A stretch of 64,000 nucleotides of DNA from positions 15,872,001 through 15,936,000 of the forward strand of contig OX597843.1 in assembly GCA_951406725.2 (NCBI GenBank). The letters run 5' to 3'. The notes below the pieces were generated by a model. The model was not told where the DNA came from. It saw only the letters and a program-made list of their open reading frames with translations, and searched no databases. Position numbers and translations under genes: made by a program. The stretch comes from Octopus vulgaris (Eukaryota). Below, in pieces: positions 51,501-64,000 of this stretch. How positions within the stretch are numbered: the stretch's first letter is position 1; each line of letters begins with the position of its first letter.

Positions 51501-54500
51501 GACGTACCATGTGGAGGTACAGTCCTATGATATACCTTGAATGCATAGCTGTAAAGACGTACCATGTGGAGGTACAGTCCTATGATATACCTAGAAAGCA
51601 TAGCTTTAATGGAGTACCATGTGGAGGTACAGTCCTATGATATACCTTGAATGCATAGCTGTAAAGAGGTACCATGTGGAGGTACAGTCCTATGATATAC
51701 CTTGAATGCATAGCTGTAAAGAGGTACCATGTGGAGGTACAGTCCTATGATGTACACAGAACACTTTGCTGTAAAAGGTACCATGTGGAGGTACAGTCCT
51801 ATGATATACTTTGATTGCATAGCAGTAAGTAGGTACCATGTGGAGGTACAGTCCTATGATACACCTTAAATGCATAGCTGTAAAAGGTACCATGTGGAGG
51901 TACAGTCCTATGATATACTTTGATTGCATAGCAGTAAGTAGGTACCATGTGGAGGTACAGTCCTATGATATACCTAGAAAGCATAGCTTTAAAGAAGTAC
52001 CATGTGGAGGTACAGTCCTATGATATACCTTAAATGCATAGCTGTAAAGAGGTACCATGTGGAGGTACAGTCCTATGATATACCTAGAAAGCATAGCTTT
52101 AAAGAGGTACCATGTGGAGGTACAGTCCTATGATATACCTTAAATGCATAGCTGTAGAGAGGTACCATGTGGAGGTACAGTCCTATGATATACCTAGAAA
52201 GCATAGCTTTAAAGAAGTACCATGTGGAGGTACAGTCCTATGATATACCTTAAATGCATAGCTGTAAAGAGGTACCATGTGGAGGTACAGTCCTATGATA
52301 TACCTAGAATGCATAGCTTTAAAGAAGTACCATGTGGAGGTACAGTCCTATGATATACCTTAAATGCATAGCTGCAAAGAGGTACCATGTGGAGGTACAG
52401 TCCTATGATATATCTTGAATGCATAGCTGTAAAGAGGTACCATGTGGAGGTACAGTCCTATGATATATCTTGAATGCATAGCTGTAAAGAGGTACCATGT
52501 GGAGGTACAGTCCTATGATATACCTTGAATGCATAGCTGTAAAGAGGTACCATGTGGAGGTACAGTCCTATGATGTACACAGAACACTTTGCTGTAAAAG
52601 GTACCATGTGGAGGTACAGTCCTATGATATACTTTGATTGCATAGCTGTAAGTAGGTACCATGTGGAGGTACAGTCCTATGATACACCTTAAATGCATAG
52701 CTGTAAAGAGGTACCATGTGGAGGTACAGTCCTATGATATACTTTGATTGCATAGCAGTAAGTAGGTACCAATTGGAGGTACAGTCCTATGATATACCTA
52801 GAAAGCATAGCTTTAAAGAAGTACCATGTGGAGGTACAGTCCTATGATATACCTTAAATGCATAGCTGTAAAGAGGTACCATGTGGAGGTACAGTCCTAT
52901 GATATACCTAGAAAGCATAGCTTTAAAGAGGTACCATGTGGAGGTACAGTCCTATGATATACCTTAAATGCATAGCTGTAGAGAGGTACCATGTGGAGGT
53001 ACAGTCCTATGATATACATAGAATGCATAGCTTTAAAGAAGTACCATGTGGAGGTACAGTCCTATGATATACCTTAAATGCATAGCTGCAAAGAGGTACC
53101 ATGTGGAGGTACAGTCCTATGATATATCTTGAATGCATAGCTGCAAAGAGGTACCATGTGGAGGTACAGTCCTATGATATATCTTGAATGCATAGCTGTA
53201 AAGAGGTACCATGTGGAGGTACAGTCCTATGATATACCTTAAATGCATAGCTGTAAAGAGGTACCATGTGGAGGTACAGTCCTATGATGTACACAGAACA
53301 CTTTGCTGTAAGTAGGTACCATGTGGAGGTACAGTCCTATGATATAACTTGAATGCATAGCTGTAAAGAGGTACCATGTGGAGGTACAGTCCTATGATAT
53401 ACCGTGAATGCATAGCTGTAAAGAGGTAACATGTGGAGGTACAGTCCTATGATATACCTTGAATCCATAACTGTAAAGATGTACCATGTGGAGGTACAGT
53501 CCTATGATATACCTAGAAAGCATAGCTGTAAAGAGGTACCATGTGGAGGTACAGTCCTATGATATACCGTGAATGCATAGCTGTAAAGAGGTACCATGTG
53601 GAGGTACAGTCCTATGATGTACACAGAACACTTTGCTGTAAGTAGGTACCATGTGGAGGTACAGTCCTATGATATACCTAGAAAGCATAGCTTTAAAGAA
53701 GTACCATGTGGAGGTACAGTCCTATGATATACCTAGAAAGCATAGCTGTAAAGAGGTACCATGTGGAGGTACAGTCCTATGATATACCTTCAATGCATAG
53801 CTGTAAAGAGGTACCATGTGGAGGTACAGTCCTATGATATACCTAGAAAGCATAGCTGTAAAGAGGTACCATGTGGAGGTACAGTCCTATGATATACCTT
53901 GAATGCATAGCTTTAAAGAGGTACCATGTGGAGGTACAGTCCTATGATGTACACAGAACACTTTGCTGTAAAAGGTACCATGTGGAGGTACAGTCCTATG
54001 ATATACTTTAAATGCATAGCTTTAAAGATTTACCATGTGGAGGTACAGTCATATGATATAACTTGAATGCATAGCTGTAAAGAGGTACCATGTGGAGGTA
54101 CAGTCCTATGATGTACACAGAACACTTTGCTGTAAAAGGTACCATGTGGAGGTACAGTCCTATGATATACCTAGAAAGCATAGCTTTAAAGAGGTACCAT
54201 GTGGAGGTACAGTCCTATGATATACCGTGAATGCATAGCTGTAAAGAGGTAACATGTGGAGGTACAGTCCTATGATATACCTAGAAAGCATAGCTGTAAA
54301 GAGGTACCATGTGGAGGTACAGTCCTATGATATACCTAGAAAGCATAGCTGTAAAGAGGTACCATGTGGAGGTACAGTCCTATGATATACCTTGAATGCA
54401 TAGCTGTAAAGAGGTACCATGTGGAGGTACAGTCCTATGATATACCTAGAAAGCATAGCTGTAAAGAGGTACCATGTAGAGGTACAGTCCTATGATATAC

Positions 54501-54848
54501 CTAGAAAGCATAGCTGTAAAGAGGTACCATGTGGAGGTACAGTCCTATGATATACCTTGAATGCATAGCTGTAAAGAGGTACCATGTGGAGGTACAGTCC
54601 TATGATATACCTAGAAAGCATAGCTGTAAAGAGGTACCATGTGGAGGTACAGTCCTATGATATACCTTGAATGCATAGCTGTAAAGAGGTACCATGTGGA
54701 GGTACAGTCCTATGATATACCTAGAAAGCATAGCTGTAAAGAGGTACCATGTGGAGGTACAGTCCTATGATATACCTAGAAAGCATAGCTGTAAAGAGGT
54801 ACCATGTGGAGGTACAGTCCTATGATATACCTTGAATGCATAGCTGTA
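48550..54848. repeat. 55-bp tandem satellite, ~115 units
   Basis: Consensus GGTACCATGTGGAGGTACAGTCCTATGATATACCTTGAATGCATAGCTGTAAAGA, with recurrent 54-55-bp variants. Confidence 0.98.
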
Positions 54849-55399
54849 TGTATCATGTTGTCATACTGTATTGATTTTGTTTTATGAAAGGGCATTTGTT
54901 CATGGAATTTTTTGTGTGGCAGATAAAAATGCTCCATTGCAATATTTAGATATTTCATAATATATTTTGTGTTCAACTCCCACTGTTACAAAGTTTGTGT
55001 TTTATCAACCCTGGAATGACAGAACATTTATTATATAAAATGCCAGGCTTTTATTGGTTTACATTTCATCAACTGTACAGCCTTCCCTGCTAAATCTTTT
55101 GTCTCATGTTTATGTTCAACACACGACTGCTGCTGTCTGATTTAATAAAGTTCTTGAAAAAATCATCTCCCTTCTGTTTCTCCTACATGGATTGACATTC
55201 TTCTTTCAATGTTCCAGATTCAACAAAAGAACCCTCTCCCCACCTGGTTTTTTTTCACTTGTGTTAAAATCAATGTTCATTTTTGTATTTTGTCCTCATG
55301 ATGTTCATGGCTCTGAAGATACCAAAGTTAATATGTTTTTAAAATATTTCTCATCTTTGTAATGTTTCCTTGAAATGTCTCTCATCTGTAACATGTCCT

Positions 55400-57520
55400 T
55401 CTAATGTTATTATCTCTGTACTGTCCTCTTGTAATGTCTCCCTCGTCTCCGTGCTGTCCTCCTGTAATGTCTCTTGTCTCTGTACTGTCCTCTTGTAATG
55501 TCTCCCTCGTCTCTGTGCTGTCTTCCTGTAATGTCTCTCATCTCTGTAGTATTTTCTCGTAATGTCCCTTGTCACTGTACTGTCCTCTTGTAATGTCCCT
55601 CATCTCTGTACTGTCCTCCTGTAATGTCCCTTGTCTCTGTACTGTCCTCTTGTAATGTCTCCCTCATCTCTGTACTGTCCTCCTGTAATGTCCCTTGTCT
55701 CTGTACTGTCCTCTTATAATGTCTCCCTCATCTCTGTACTGTCCTCCTGTAATGTCCCTTGTCTCTGTACTGTCCTCTTGTAATGTCTCCCTCATCTCTG
55801 TACTGCCTTCCTGTAATGTCCCTTGTCTCTGTACTGTCCTCTTGTAATGTCCCTCATCTCTGTACTGTCCTCCTGTAATGTCCCTTGTCTCTGTACTGTC
55901 CTTTTGTAATGTCCCTCATCTCTGTACTGTCCTCCTGTAATGTCCCTTGTCTCTGTACTGTCCTCTTGTAATGTCCCTCATCTCTGTACTGTCCTCCTGT
56001 AATGTCCCTTGTCTCTGTACTGTCCTCCTGTAATGTCCCTCATCTCTGTACTGTCCTCCTGTAATGTCCCTTGTCTCTGTACTGTCCTCCTGTCATGTCC
56101 CTTGTCTCTGTACTGTCCTCCTGTAATGTCCCTTGTCTCTCCTGTCCTCCTGTAATGTCCCTCATCTCTGTACTGTCCTCCTGTAATGTCCCTTGTCTCT
56201 GTACTGTCCTCTTGTAATGTCTCCTTCATCTCTGTACTGTCCCTTGACTCTGTAATGTCTCCCTCATCTCTGTACTGTCCCTTGACTCTGTACTGTCCTC
56301 TTGTAATGTCTCCCTCATCTCTGTACTGTCTTCCTGTAATGTCTCTTCATCTCTGTAGTATTTTCTCGTAATGTCCCTTGTCTCTGTACTGTCCTCTTGT
56401 AATGTCCCTCATCTCTGTACTGTCTTCCTGTAATGGCCCTTGTCTCTGTACTGTCTTTCTGTAATGTCCCTTGTGTCTGTACTGTCTTCCTGTAATGTCC
56501 CTTGTCTCTGTACTGTCTTCCTGTAATGTTCCTTGTCTCTGTACTGTCTTCCTGTAATGTCCCTTGTCTCTGTACTGTCTTCCTGTAATGTCCCTTGTCT
56601 CTGTACTGTCTTCCTGTAATGTCCCTTGTCTCTGTACTGTCTTCCTGTAATGTCCCTTGTCTCTGTACTGTCTTCCTGTAATGTCCCTTGTCTCTGTACT
56701 GTCCTCTTGTAATGTCTCCCTTGTCTCTGTACTGTCTTCCTGTAATGTCCCTTGTCTCTGTACTGTCTTCCTGTAATGTCCCTTGTCTCTGTACTGTCTT
56801 CCTGTAATGTCCCTTGTCTCTGTACTGTCCTCTTGTAATGTCTCCCTCGTCTCTGTACTGTCTTCCTGTAATGTCTCTTCATCTCTGTAGTATTTTCTCG
56901 TAATGTCCCTTGTCTCTGTACTGTCCTCTTGTAATGTCCCTCATCTCTGTACTGTCTTCCTGTAATGTCCCTTGTCTCTGTACTGTCCTCTTGTAATGTC
57001 CCTCATCTCTGTGCTGTCCTCCTGTAATGTCCCTTGTCTCTGTACTGTCCTCTTGTAATGTCTCCCTCGTCTCTGTACTGTCTTCCTGTAATGTCTCTTG
57101 TCTCTGTACTATCCTTCTGTAATGTCCCTTGTCTCTGTACTGTCCTCCTGTAATGTCCCTTGTCTCTGTACTGTCCTCTTGTAATGTCTTCCTTGTCTCT
57201 GTGCTGTCCTTCTGTAATGTCCCTTGTCTCTGTACTGTCCTCTTATAATGTCTTCCTCGTCTCTGTACTGTCCTCCTGTAATGTCTCTTATCTCTGTACT
57301 GTCCTCCTGTAATGTCACCTATCTCTGTTCTGTCCTTTTGTAATGTCCCTCATCTCTGTACTGTCCTCCTGTAATGTCCCTTGTCTCTGTACTGTCCTCC
57401 TGTAATGTCCCTTGTCTCTGTACTGTCCTCCTGTAATGTCCCTTGTCTCTGTACTGTCCTCCTGTAATGTCCCTTGTCTCTGTACTGTCCTCTTGTAATG
57501 TCTCTCATTTCTATACTGTG
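55400..57520. repeat. 31-bp (31/33-bp) pyrimidine-rich tandem satellite, ~65 units
   Basis: Consensus CTGTAATGTCCCTTGTCTCTGTACTGTCCTC; degenerate edges extend to ~55350 and ~57680. Confidence 0.97.
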
Positions 57521-57981
57521 CTCTTGTAGTGTCCCTAACCTCTGTAATATTCTCTTGTAATATTGCAATAATCTTTGTAAAGTCCCTTGTGTTTGTAATG
57601 TCCCAATGTCCCTCATTTCTGTGTTGTCCTCTTGTAATATCCATAAACTGTGTAATGTCCTTTTGTAATTGTCTCTAATCTTTGTCCACTCGTCCACTCG
57701 TAACACCCATCATCTGCAATGCTCTGAAATTATCAATTAGCAGTAAATTAATTTCGGATTTATATTTTAGTCTTTTACATCCACGGGAAGGTAGAAGTGC
57801 TGATTTATTTGTGGAGGACAATAATGTATTCTGAGGAAGACTTTAGCAGCATTTCTTGCAGGTCGAGTAATTGCATAAAGGCTTCCTCACTTGCTTACAG
57901 TCTTCCATATTATATGTATGTTTAGTTTTCAGCTCAGCCTTCACTGAGGAGACAGACCTATAAATATGACATTCCAGTTAT

Positions 57982-58397
57982 GACCAACCATTCTCTCTTT
58001 TTTTTCTATCAGATCAGTGATCACATTATCCAAATAACCTTTTTATCAAATGGGTGTAGTTTGAAGGGAACTTGTGACCAACCATCCTTTTTTTTTCCAT
58101 CAGATCAGGGATCACATTATCCAAATAACCTTTTTATCAAATGGGTGTAGTTTGAAGGGAACTTGTGACCAACCATCCTTTTTTTCCATCAGATCAGGGA
58201 TCACATTATCCAAATAACCTTTTTATCAAATGGGTGTAGTTTGAAGGGAACTTGTGACCAACCATCCTTTTTTTTTCCATCAGATCAGGGATCACATTAT
58301 CCAAATAACCTTTTTATCAAATGGGTGTAGTTTGAAGGGAACTTGTGACCAACCATCCTTTTTTTTTTCCATCAGATCAGGGATCACATTATCCAAT
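57982..58397. repeat. ~90-bp tandem repeat, ~4.5 units
   Basis: TGACCAACCATCC(T)nCCATCAGATCAGGGATCACATTATCCAAATAACC...GGGAACTTG starts at ~57982, 58076, 58167, 58256 and 58347. Confidence 0.95.
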
Positions 58398-58686
58398 TAT
58401 ACCCTCCCATTTTTTTTTTCAAGATGACCGAATGTAGTTTGAGACAGCTTGTCTGTTTTTGTTTGGACCCAGGTCAAGCCTGATTAAGCACGACTGTGAT
58501 CAAGCATATTCCAGCCATGACCATCCCTTCTCAATAGTTTCAGACATAGTGTATCTAGAACTACATTCTCCCATGTCCTTCATTGCAAAGTGTGGTTCAA
58601 AGGAGACCTGTCTAACTGTCGTTGTTTAGCCCCAGGTCAGTTCTGATTGAGTTCAACTATGAAGAAAAGATTCCAGTTGTGACCAT
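58381..58686 (+). repeat. ~305-bp direct duplication, second copy at ~60383-60694
   Basis: GGATCACATTATCCAATTATACCCTCCC...GATTCCAGTTGTGACCAT occurs at both sites. Confidence 0.9.
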
Positions 58687-59587
58687 TCCATCAATTTTAT
58701 CAGGCATAGTCTCTTTACAACCACAGGCCATGCTTTTTGGAAGTCTCTCAATAAAACTTATGATCAAAGACAGTCAACCCATGACCATCTTGACATATTA
58801 TTCTTTTCAGACCTGAGATTATATTGCATAATATATCCTTCCCTTTTTTTTTTTTAAGGAATAGGGTCTGGTTGGAGGGAGGACTTGCTTGGTCTATCTT
58901 TCAGCTCAGCTGACAACAAACATGGTCTCACACTGTCCATGGGGTACAACATAACAACTACTGCAGTGTCCATGTCCCCTGACTCTCTGTAGAGAACCCC
59001 TAAACCTATAAAAAATATCAAAACTTAATATATAAATAAAATAAAAAAGAACAAAAAATTTTTTATTAATATTTTTTGATCTTTTTTGTTTGTTGTCTTT
59101 TTTTTTTTTTTATGGGGTTTTTGGCATTTTTTTTTTTTCAATATAGAATGTCCCAAAAGCAGTACCCAAGTTTGAATTGAATACATATCTATTGGGGAAT
59201 TACTTTTGGGACATCTTACTCTCACTATAGTTTTTTTGTAATTGCTGTTGTTTTTGTTGTTGATGTTGTCTTTTGTGAATTTATGTTGAGAAAGAAAAAA
59301 TATAAATTGAAAAAAAAAACAAAAAAAACCAGTATTTATTTGGTGAATATATATATAAGCATATGAAGATTTTAAATATTTATAGAAACTACTTTTGTTT
59401 TGTATTTGTATTTATGTTGTCCGTGTCATTGTTGTTGTAATTTATGTAAATTTATGTAAATAAATAAACAAAGAAAACCCAACCAAAATCATTTGTTTCT
59501 GTGTTTTTATTTTTGGGAGGCTGGGGGTTGACATGGTTTTTAAATTTTTGATTTTACTCGCTTTAATCATTGGACAATTTAATAGTG

Positions 59588-59950
59588 ATGACGAGGGTTC
59601 CGGTTGATCCGAATCAACGGAACAGCCTGCTCGTGAAATTAACGCATAAGTGGCTGAGCACTCCACAGACACGTGCACCCTTAACGTAGTTCTCGGGGAT
59701 ATTCAGCGTGACACAGAGAGTGACAAGGCCGGCCCTTTGAAGTACAGGTACAACAGAAACAGGAAGTAAGAGTGAGAGAAAGTTGTGGTGAAAGAGTACA
59801 GCAGGGATCACCACCATCCCCTGCCGGAGCCTCGTGGAGCTTTTAGGTGTTTTCGCTCAATAAACACTCACAACGCCCGGTCTGGGAATCGAAACCGCGA
59901 TCCTATGGCCGCGAGTCTGCTGCCCTGACCACTGGGCCATTGCGCCTCCA
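59588..59950 (-). mobile_element. tRNA-derived SINE family 3 (related pieces at 38919-39040 + and 39130-39420 -)
   Basis: Minus-strand head GGAGGCGCAATGGCCCAGTGG...GGTTTCGATTCCC with A- and B-box-like motifs. Body shared with 39140-39290. Confidence 0.75.
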
Positions 59951-60029
59951 GTTATGTAAGTACTTCATCAGGGAAAACATTTTGAAATACCCATCCATCC
60001 AGCCAGCCATCTACTCTACCCAGTATTCT

Positions 60030-61530
60030 AGAGAGGGCTGTGAGGGTAGAGCCCCTAGCCCCACCTCACCCATAGGGTCCTCTCAGAAGCAACTGTCATT
60101 ACACTTTCCAGCTGGATTCCCAAACAGGACCAAATGAAACTATAGAAGTTATCCAACCATTTTGTTCTCAGTTTATCTTTAGGTCTCCTATTGGTTGGCT
60201 CAGCTTGAATTCGTCTTGCATTTCTTTCCTGAGACATTCTAATGCCATGTCTGTTGTACCAGAGCTGTGAGCTTTCAGTGTAAAGAAGTAGCAGCTCACC
60301 CGGAGAGATTCCCTGAGACTATGGCTATTACCCAACCATCCTTGGTCTACCCCTAGGTTTTGGCTCAGCTTGAAGAACCCATGGATCACATTATCCAATT
60401 ATACCCTCCCATTTTTTAAACTTTTTTTCAAGATGACCGAGTGTAGTTTGAGAGAGCTTGTCTGTTTTTGTTTGGACCCAGGTCAAGCCTGATTAAGCAT
60501 GACTGTAATCAAGCATATTCCAGCCATGACCATCCCTTCTCAATAGTTTCAGACAAGGTGTATCTGGAACTACATTCTCCCATGTCCTTCATTGCAGAGT
60601 TTGGTTCAAAGGAGACCTGTCTAACTGTCGTTGTTTAGCCCCGGGTCAGTTCTGATTGAGCTCAACTATGAGCAAAAGATTCCAGTTGTGACCATCTCAT
60701 GTCATTCTTGTCCCATCTGTAGTACCAAAGCTGTGATCATCCAATGCAGAGATACAGCAGTTTAACCTGTAGGGACACCTGATCGCGAATCTATGCAGCC
60801 TGTTGAGTAAATGTTACCCCAGGGATCCTTTGGAGGCTCTCCATTTTGGCTGCTTGCATTCACGATCACAATCTTTCAGTCACAACCCAATATTCATGAC
60901 CATACACTACCGTCAGAAATTAATTAGCACCCTTGATTTGCTCTTCACTCAAGGTATGTGCTGTCACCTAGTGGCCATATCTCGAACTATTGCTTTGTTG
61001 CGAGTTCACTGTTGCGCAGAACGATGACGTAACTTTGTTTGCAGAGCAGTTTGAGAGTCTACAGCCTTATGATGTTGACATAGCAGTGCAACAACTTGGA
61101 GTGCGGATGCAGACAAATCTTCCTTTGTTTAATAGATATAGGTAACGCCTCGCAAGGACCGAAATCACACCATACTAAATTTTCTCATCGCGTAAGGCGT
61201 TTTGAACAGCTCATAGGTTAATTGATTTAACCTATTTAATGTAGAAATTTGAGATGTGCTAATTAATTTCTGACGCAAGTGTAGGTGAGAATAAGCAATT
61301 GACTTTTTTTTAACCAACCTCTCCTCTTCTGAAGATCAAATGCCCCAGCTGGCACATTACTCTGCCAGTACTTGCAATTCTAGCATCTGATTCAGCCTCC
61401 TGCTTACCATTACTCATAAATATGGCCCTGAGATACTTAAACCTCTCCACACGTCTCAATGATGTTCCACTAACATGTACAGGCTTTCCTGAATGGATTG
61501 AAAGTGGAGATTGCTTTGTTTAACAGTTTC
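60030..61530 (-). mobile_element. Old fragmented RTE-like LINE remnant interrupted by a MITE and a 300-bp duplicated segment
   Basis: Minus-strand fragments VERFKYL...DARIA (~61370-61450), YGHEYWVVTER...MQAAKM (~60830-60904) and RRPKDKLRTKWLD (~60150-60190) follow the order of an RTE C-terminus. Confidence 0.6.
60905..61281. mobile_element. Tc1/mariner-type MITE (377 bp, TA TSD)
   Basis: 26-bp TIRs CACTACCGTCAGAAATTAATTAGCAC / GTGCTAATTAATTTCTGACGCAAGTG, flanked by TA on both sides. Confidence 0.88.
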
Positions 61531-61648
61531 TTCTTTGGCTGTAAAACATTGTGAACAAAAGCAACTTGGTGTGTTGCCAGATGGCAAAAGAAGCCCTTGG
61601 TTTAAACAGGAAATTAAAAATGTCCAATAAGGTTTGAAAATCAGTTAA

Positions 61649-61869
61649 CCCTTTAGGGTTCGCATTATTCTGCCAAAATTAATCCTTTTTCATCCACATT
61701 GTTTTGAACAAATCATGCATTATCTTGGAGCTATGAGATTTTGATGAGGTAGCTGTTAATTTTTAAAACGATATTGTAGGGTTGGTGTGAGAGACCAGAT
61801 CTGGCCAGTTTGACCATAAAACAGGCAGAATACTTTTGGCCGGATATGGCCGGTTTAAATGCTAAAGGG
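61649..61869. mobile_element. piggyBac-like MITE of a different family
   Basis: TTAA-CCCTTTAG ... CTAAAGGG-TTAA. Confidence 0.8.
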
Positions 61870-61969
61870 TTAAAGCTGTTCATGGTTTTTCAATCTACAG
61901 AGAAATGTGTTAACGTTTTATCTGCCAAAGAAATAAAAACCTTTATATTGGTTGGAGGAGAGTAACCTA

Positions 61970-62377
61970 CTCTTTTTTCTTTTACTCTCTTTTACTTGTT
62001 TCAGTCATTTGACTGCGGCCATGCTGGAGCACCGCCTTTAGTCGAGCAAATCAACCCTGGGACTTACTCTTTGTAAGCCCAGTACTTATTCTATTGGTCT
62101 CTTTTGCCGAACCGCTAAGTGACAGGGACGTAAACACACCAGCATCGGTTGTCAAGCAATGCTAGGGGGACAAACACAGACACACAAACACGCATATATA
62201 TATATACATATATACGACAGGTTTCTTTCAGTTTCCGTCGACCAAATCCACTCACAAGGCATTGGTCGGCCTGGGGCTATAGCAGAAGACACTTGCCCAA
62301 GATGCCACGCAGTGGGACTGAACCCGGAACCATGTGGTTGGTAAGCAAGCTACTAACCACACAGCCACTCATGCGCC
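61970..62377 (-). mobile_element. SINE family 1
   Basis: Full-length match. Confidence 0.9.
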
Positions 62378-62514
62378 TACTGATTAAGTTTCCGCAAATG
62401 CACCTTGTCGGTGCCACATGAAAAGTACACTCTGTAAAGTTGTTGGTTTTAAGAAGGGCAAACCATCCAACCCATGCCAGAATGGAGAAAAGATGTTAAA
62501 TGATGTGTTGAGGA

Positions 62515-62599
62515 TATATATACATACATACATATATATACATACATACATATATATACATACATACATATATATACATACATACATATATATACATAC

Positions 62600-62638
<39 letters not shown>

Positions 62639-62649
62639 CCTATATATAC

Positions 62650-62688
<39 letters not shown>

Positions 62689-62720
62689 CATATATATACA
62701 TACATACATATATATATATA
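62515..62720. repeat. (TA)n/(TACA)n microsatellite
   Basis: Directly visible. Confidence 0.95.
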
Positions 62721-62723
62721 TTT

Positions 62724-63774
62724 TGTTACGAAGGTGGGGACCTCCTATTCGAACTGTTACGGAATCCCTCACACCCGGGCCCGTTCGATGCAGCGAATGT
62801 TTTCACTGCGGAAACTCGTCGGAGAGGAGAGGAGAGACACAACAACAACAACAGGAGCAGCAGCACAGAGAGATACAGAGGCAACCGAGAGAGACACAAA
62901 GAGGCAAGGCACAACTGGCTTACATTTAACAACTAGTTTATGACAATCAATTGTTACAACATCAAAGCATTTGAAGGAAACAACAAATCAATACAGGTAT
63001 ACAACAGATCAAAGCATTCAAAGTTGCAGATACAATGTAACCGTCCGGTAACGACACAGCAAGTTCAATAACAACAGCAATTAAAGAATACACGTCCGAA
63101 GACACAGTTCTATTTCAAAACACATCAACAAGTCATATACAGTTCAAAGGACATTACAGGCCTAACAGTTCAATGTTCATTATACAATGTTCGTATCACA
63201 ACAATTCACGTTACAGTTCAAAGTCTTTAACGACTACATCAGAGTCCTTCTTTTTCTCTCTCTTTCTTCTTTCTCTTTTTTTCTTTTACAGTCTCTTTAC
63301 ATCGTAACACGTATCAATACATAATTAAATACCTTTAGTTCCTACTAGAATAGCCAGTGTCCCATATTGTAGTTCCTCTCTAACAGCCGCCTATTCCTCT
63401 GTATATATCCCTCTCCGTACTGCTAACTCCAACCTGCCAAGCTCTTGCATCCCAACCGCCCGCCTTGACGACCAAAATCCGACTGTTCGCTTTGACGACC
63501 GAATCCCGACTGTCCAAAAACCTCTTACTCTATCACTACCATCAATCCCTCTCTGCACTGCTAATATCCTCTCTATCTCCTCTCAGATTCCTTACTCTAT
63601 CTTTCTCACTACTTTCCTCTTCCTCTTCTTCAAGGGGTGTTTAGAACGACCTCTAGTTCACCCGAAAGGGGTCGCAGGTCCACCCAGAACCGATCAATCC
63701 ACCTGAATCTGACAGGACAATGGGTTTATCCCAAAAGTAGGTCACCAGCTCTGTCCTTAAGCTGAATCACAACA
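62724..63774 (-). mobile_element. Putative solo LTR (~1.05 kb) inserted in (TA)n
   Basis: Unique block bounded by TGTT...AACA between TA-rich microsatellites (flanks ATATTT / ATATAT). Minus-strand TATA-like GGATATATACAG at ~63400. Internal TCGTAACA at ~63302-63309 is the inverse of the TGTTACGA terminus. No coding remnant. Confidence 0.5.
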
Positions 63775-63805
<31 letters not shown>

Positions 63806-63806
63806 A

Positions 63807-64000
63807 GGTGGCGAGCTGGCAGAAACGTTAGCACACCGGGCAAAATGCGTAGCTGTATTTCGTCTGCCGCTGCGTTCTGGGTTCAAATTCCGCTGAGGTT
63901 GACTTTGCCTTTCATCCTTTCGAGGTTGATAAATTAAGTACCAGTTACGCACTGGGGCCGATGTAATCGACTTAATCCGTTTGTCTGTCCTTGTTTGTCC
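63807..64000 (+). mobile_element. SINE family 2 (related copies at ~42279-42490, ~41000-41205, ~16995-17195, and ~32005-32115 reversed)
   Basis: GGTGGCGAGCTGGCAGAA...GGTTCAAATTCC...CTTTGCCTTTCATCCTTT...GATAAATTAAGTACCA recurs, with divergence, at the listed sites. Confidence 0.75.

Noticed and set aside
48550-54848. CRISPR-like appearance (constant ~29-nt repeat plus variable ~26-nt segment)
   Set aside because: The variable segments are homologous to each other and recur many times instead of being unique spacers. No cas genes or leader, and the context is eukaryotic. It is a satellite.
55978-57706. Repetitive minus-strand ORFs as a structural protein gene
   Set aside because: The 31-bp unit is not a multiple of three, 33-bp variants shift the frame, and no promoter or splice context is evident.

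Overview
Eukaryotic, AT-rich, repeat-dominated genomic DNA. The tRNA-derived SINEs, (TA)n/(TATC)n/(ATT)n microsatellites and LINE types look like an octopus or other coleoid cephalopod (my recognition, not a database result). Positions 1-31 kb are a mosaic of direct, inverted and tandem segmental duplications. Most of their junctions fall inside copies of one SINE family. This part holds three copies of one dead, 5'-truncated RTE-clade LINE whose reverse transcriptase carries an in-frame PHD-type (C4HC3) finger. Positions 31-42 kb are a TE graveyard: mariner, CR1-like and R4/Dong-like elements, hAT MITEs and SINEs. The only convincing host gene is a single-ORF 426-aa protein at 43113-44393 (+), with a TATA box and an N-terminal PTB/PH-like domain. 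A diverged non-coding element rich in E-box motifs (CACGTG/CACGTT) occurs six times upstream of this gene and shares motifs with its promoter. Positions 48.5-58.4 kb contain 55-bp, 31-bp and ~90-bp tandem arrays, followed by more TE remnants and a probable solo LTR. I found no CRISPR array, rRNA or true tRNA. Part of the 5-10 kb duplicated block has an indel pattern suggestive of long-read consensus error, so some of the duplication may be an assembly artefact. Most repeat boundaries are approximate.
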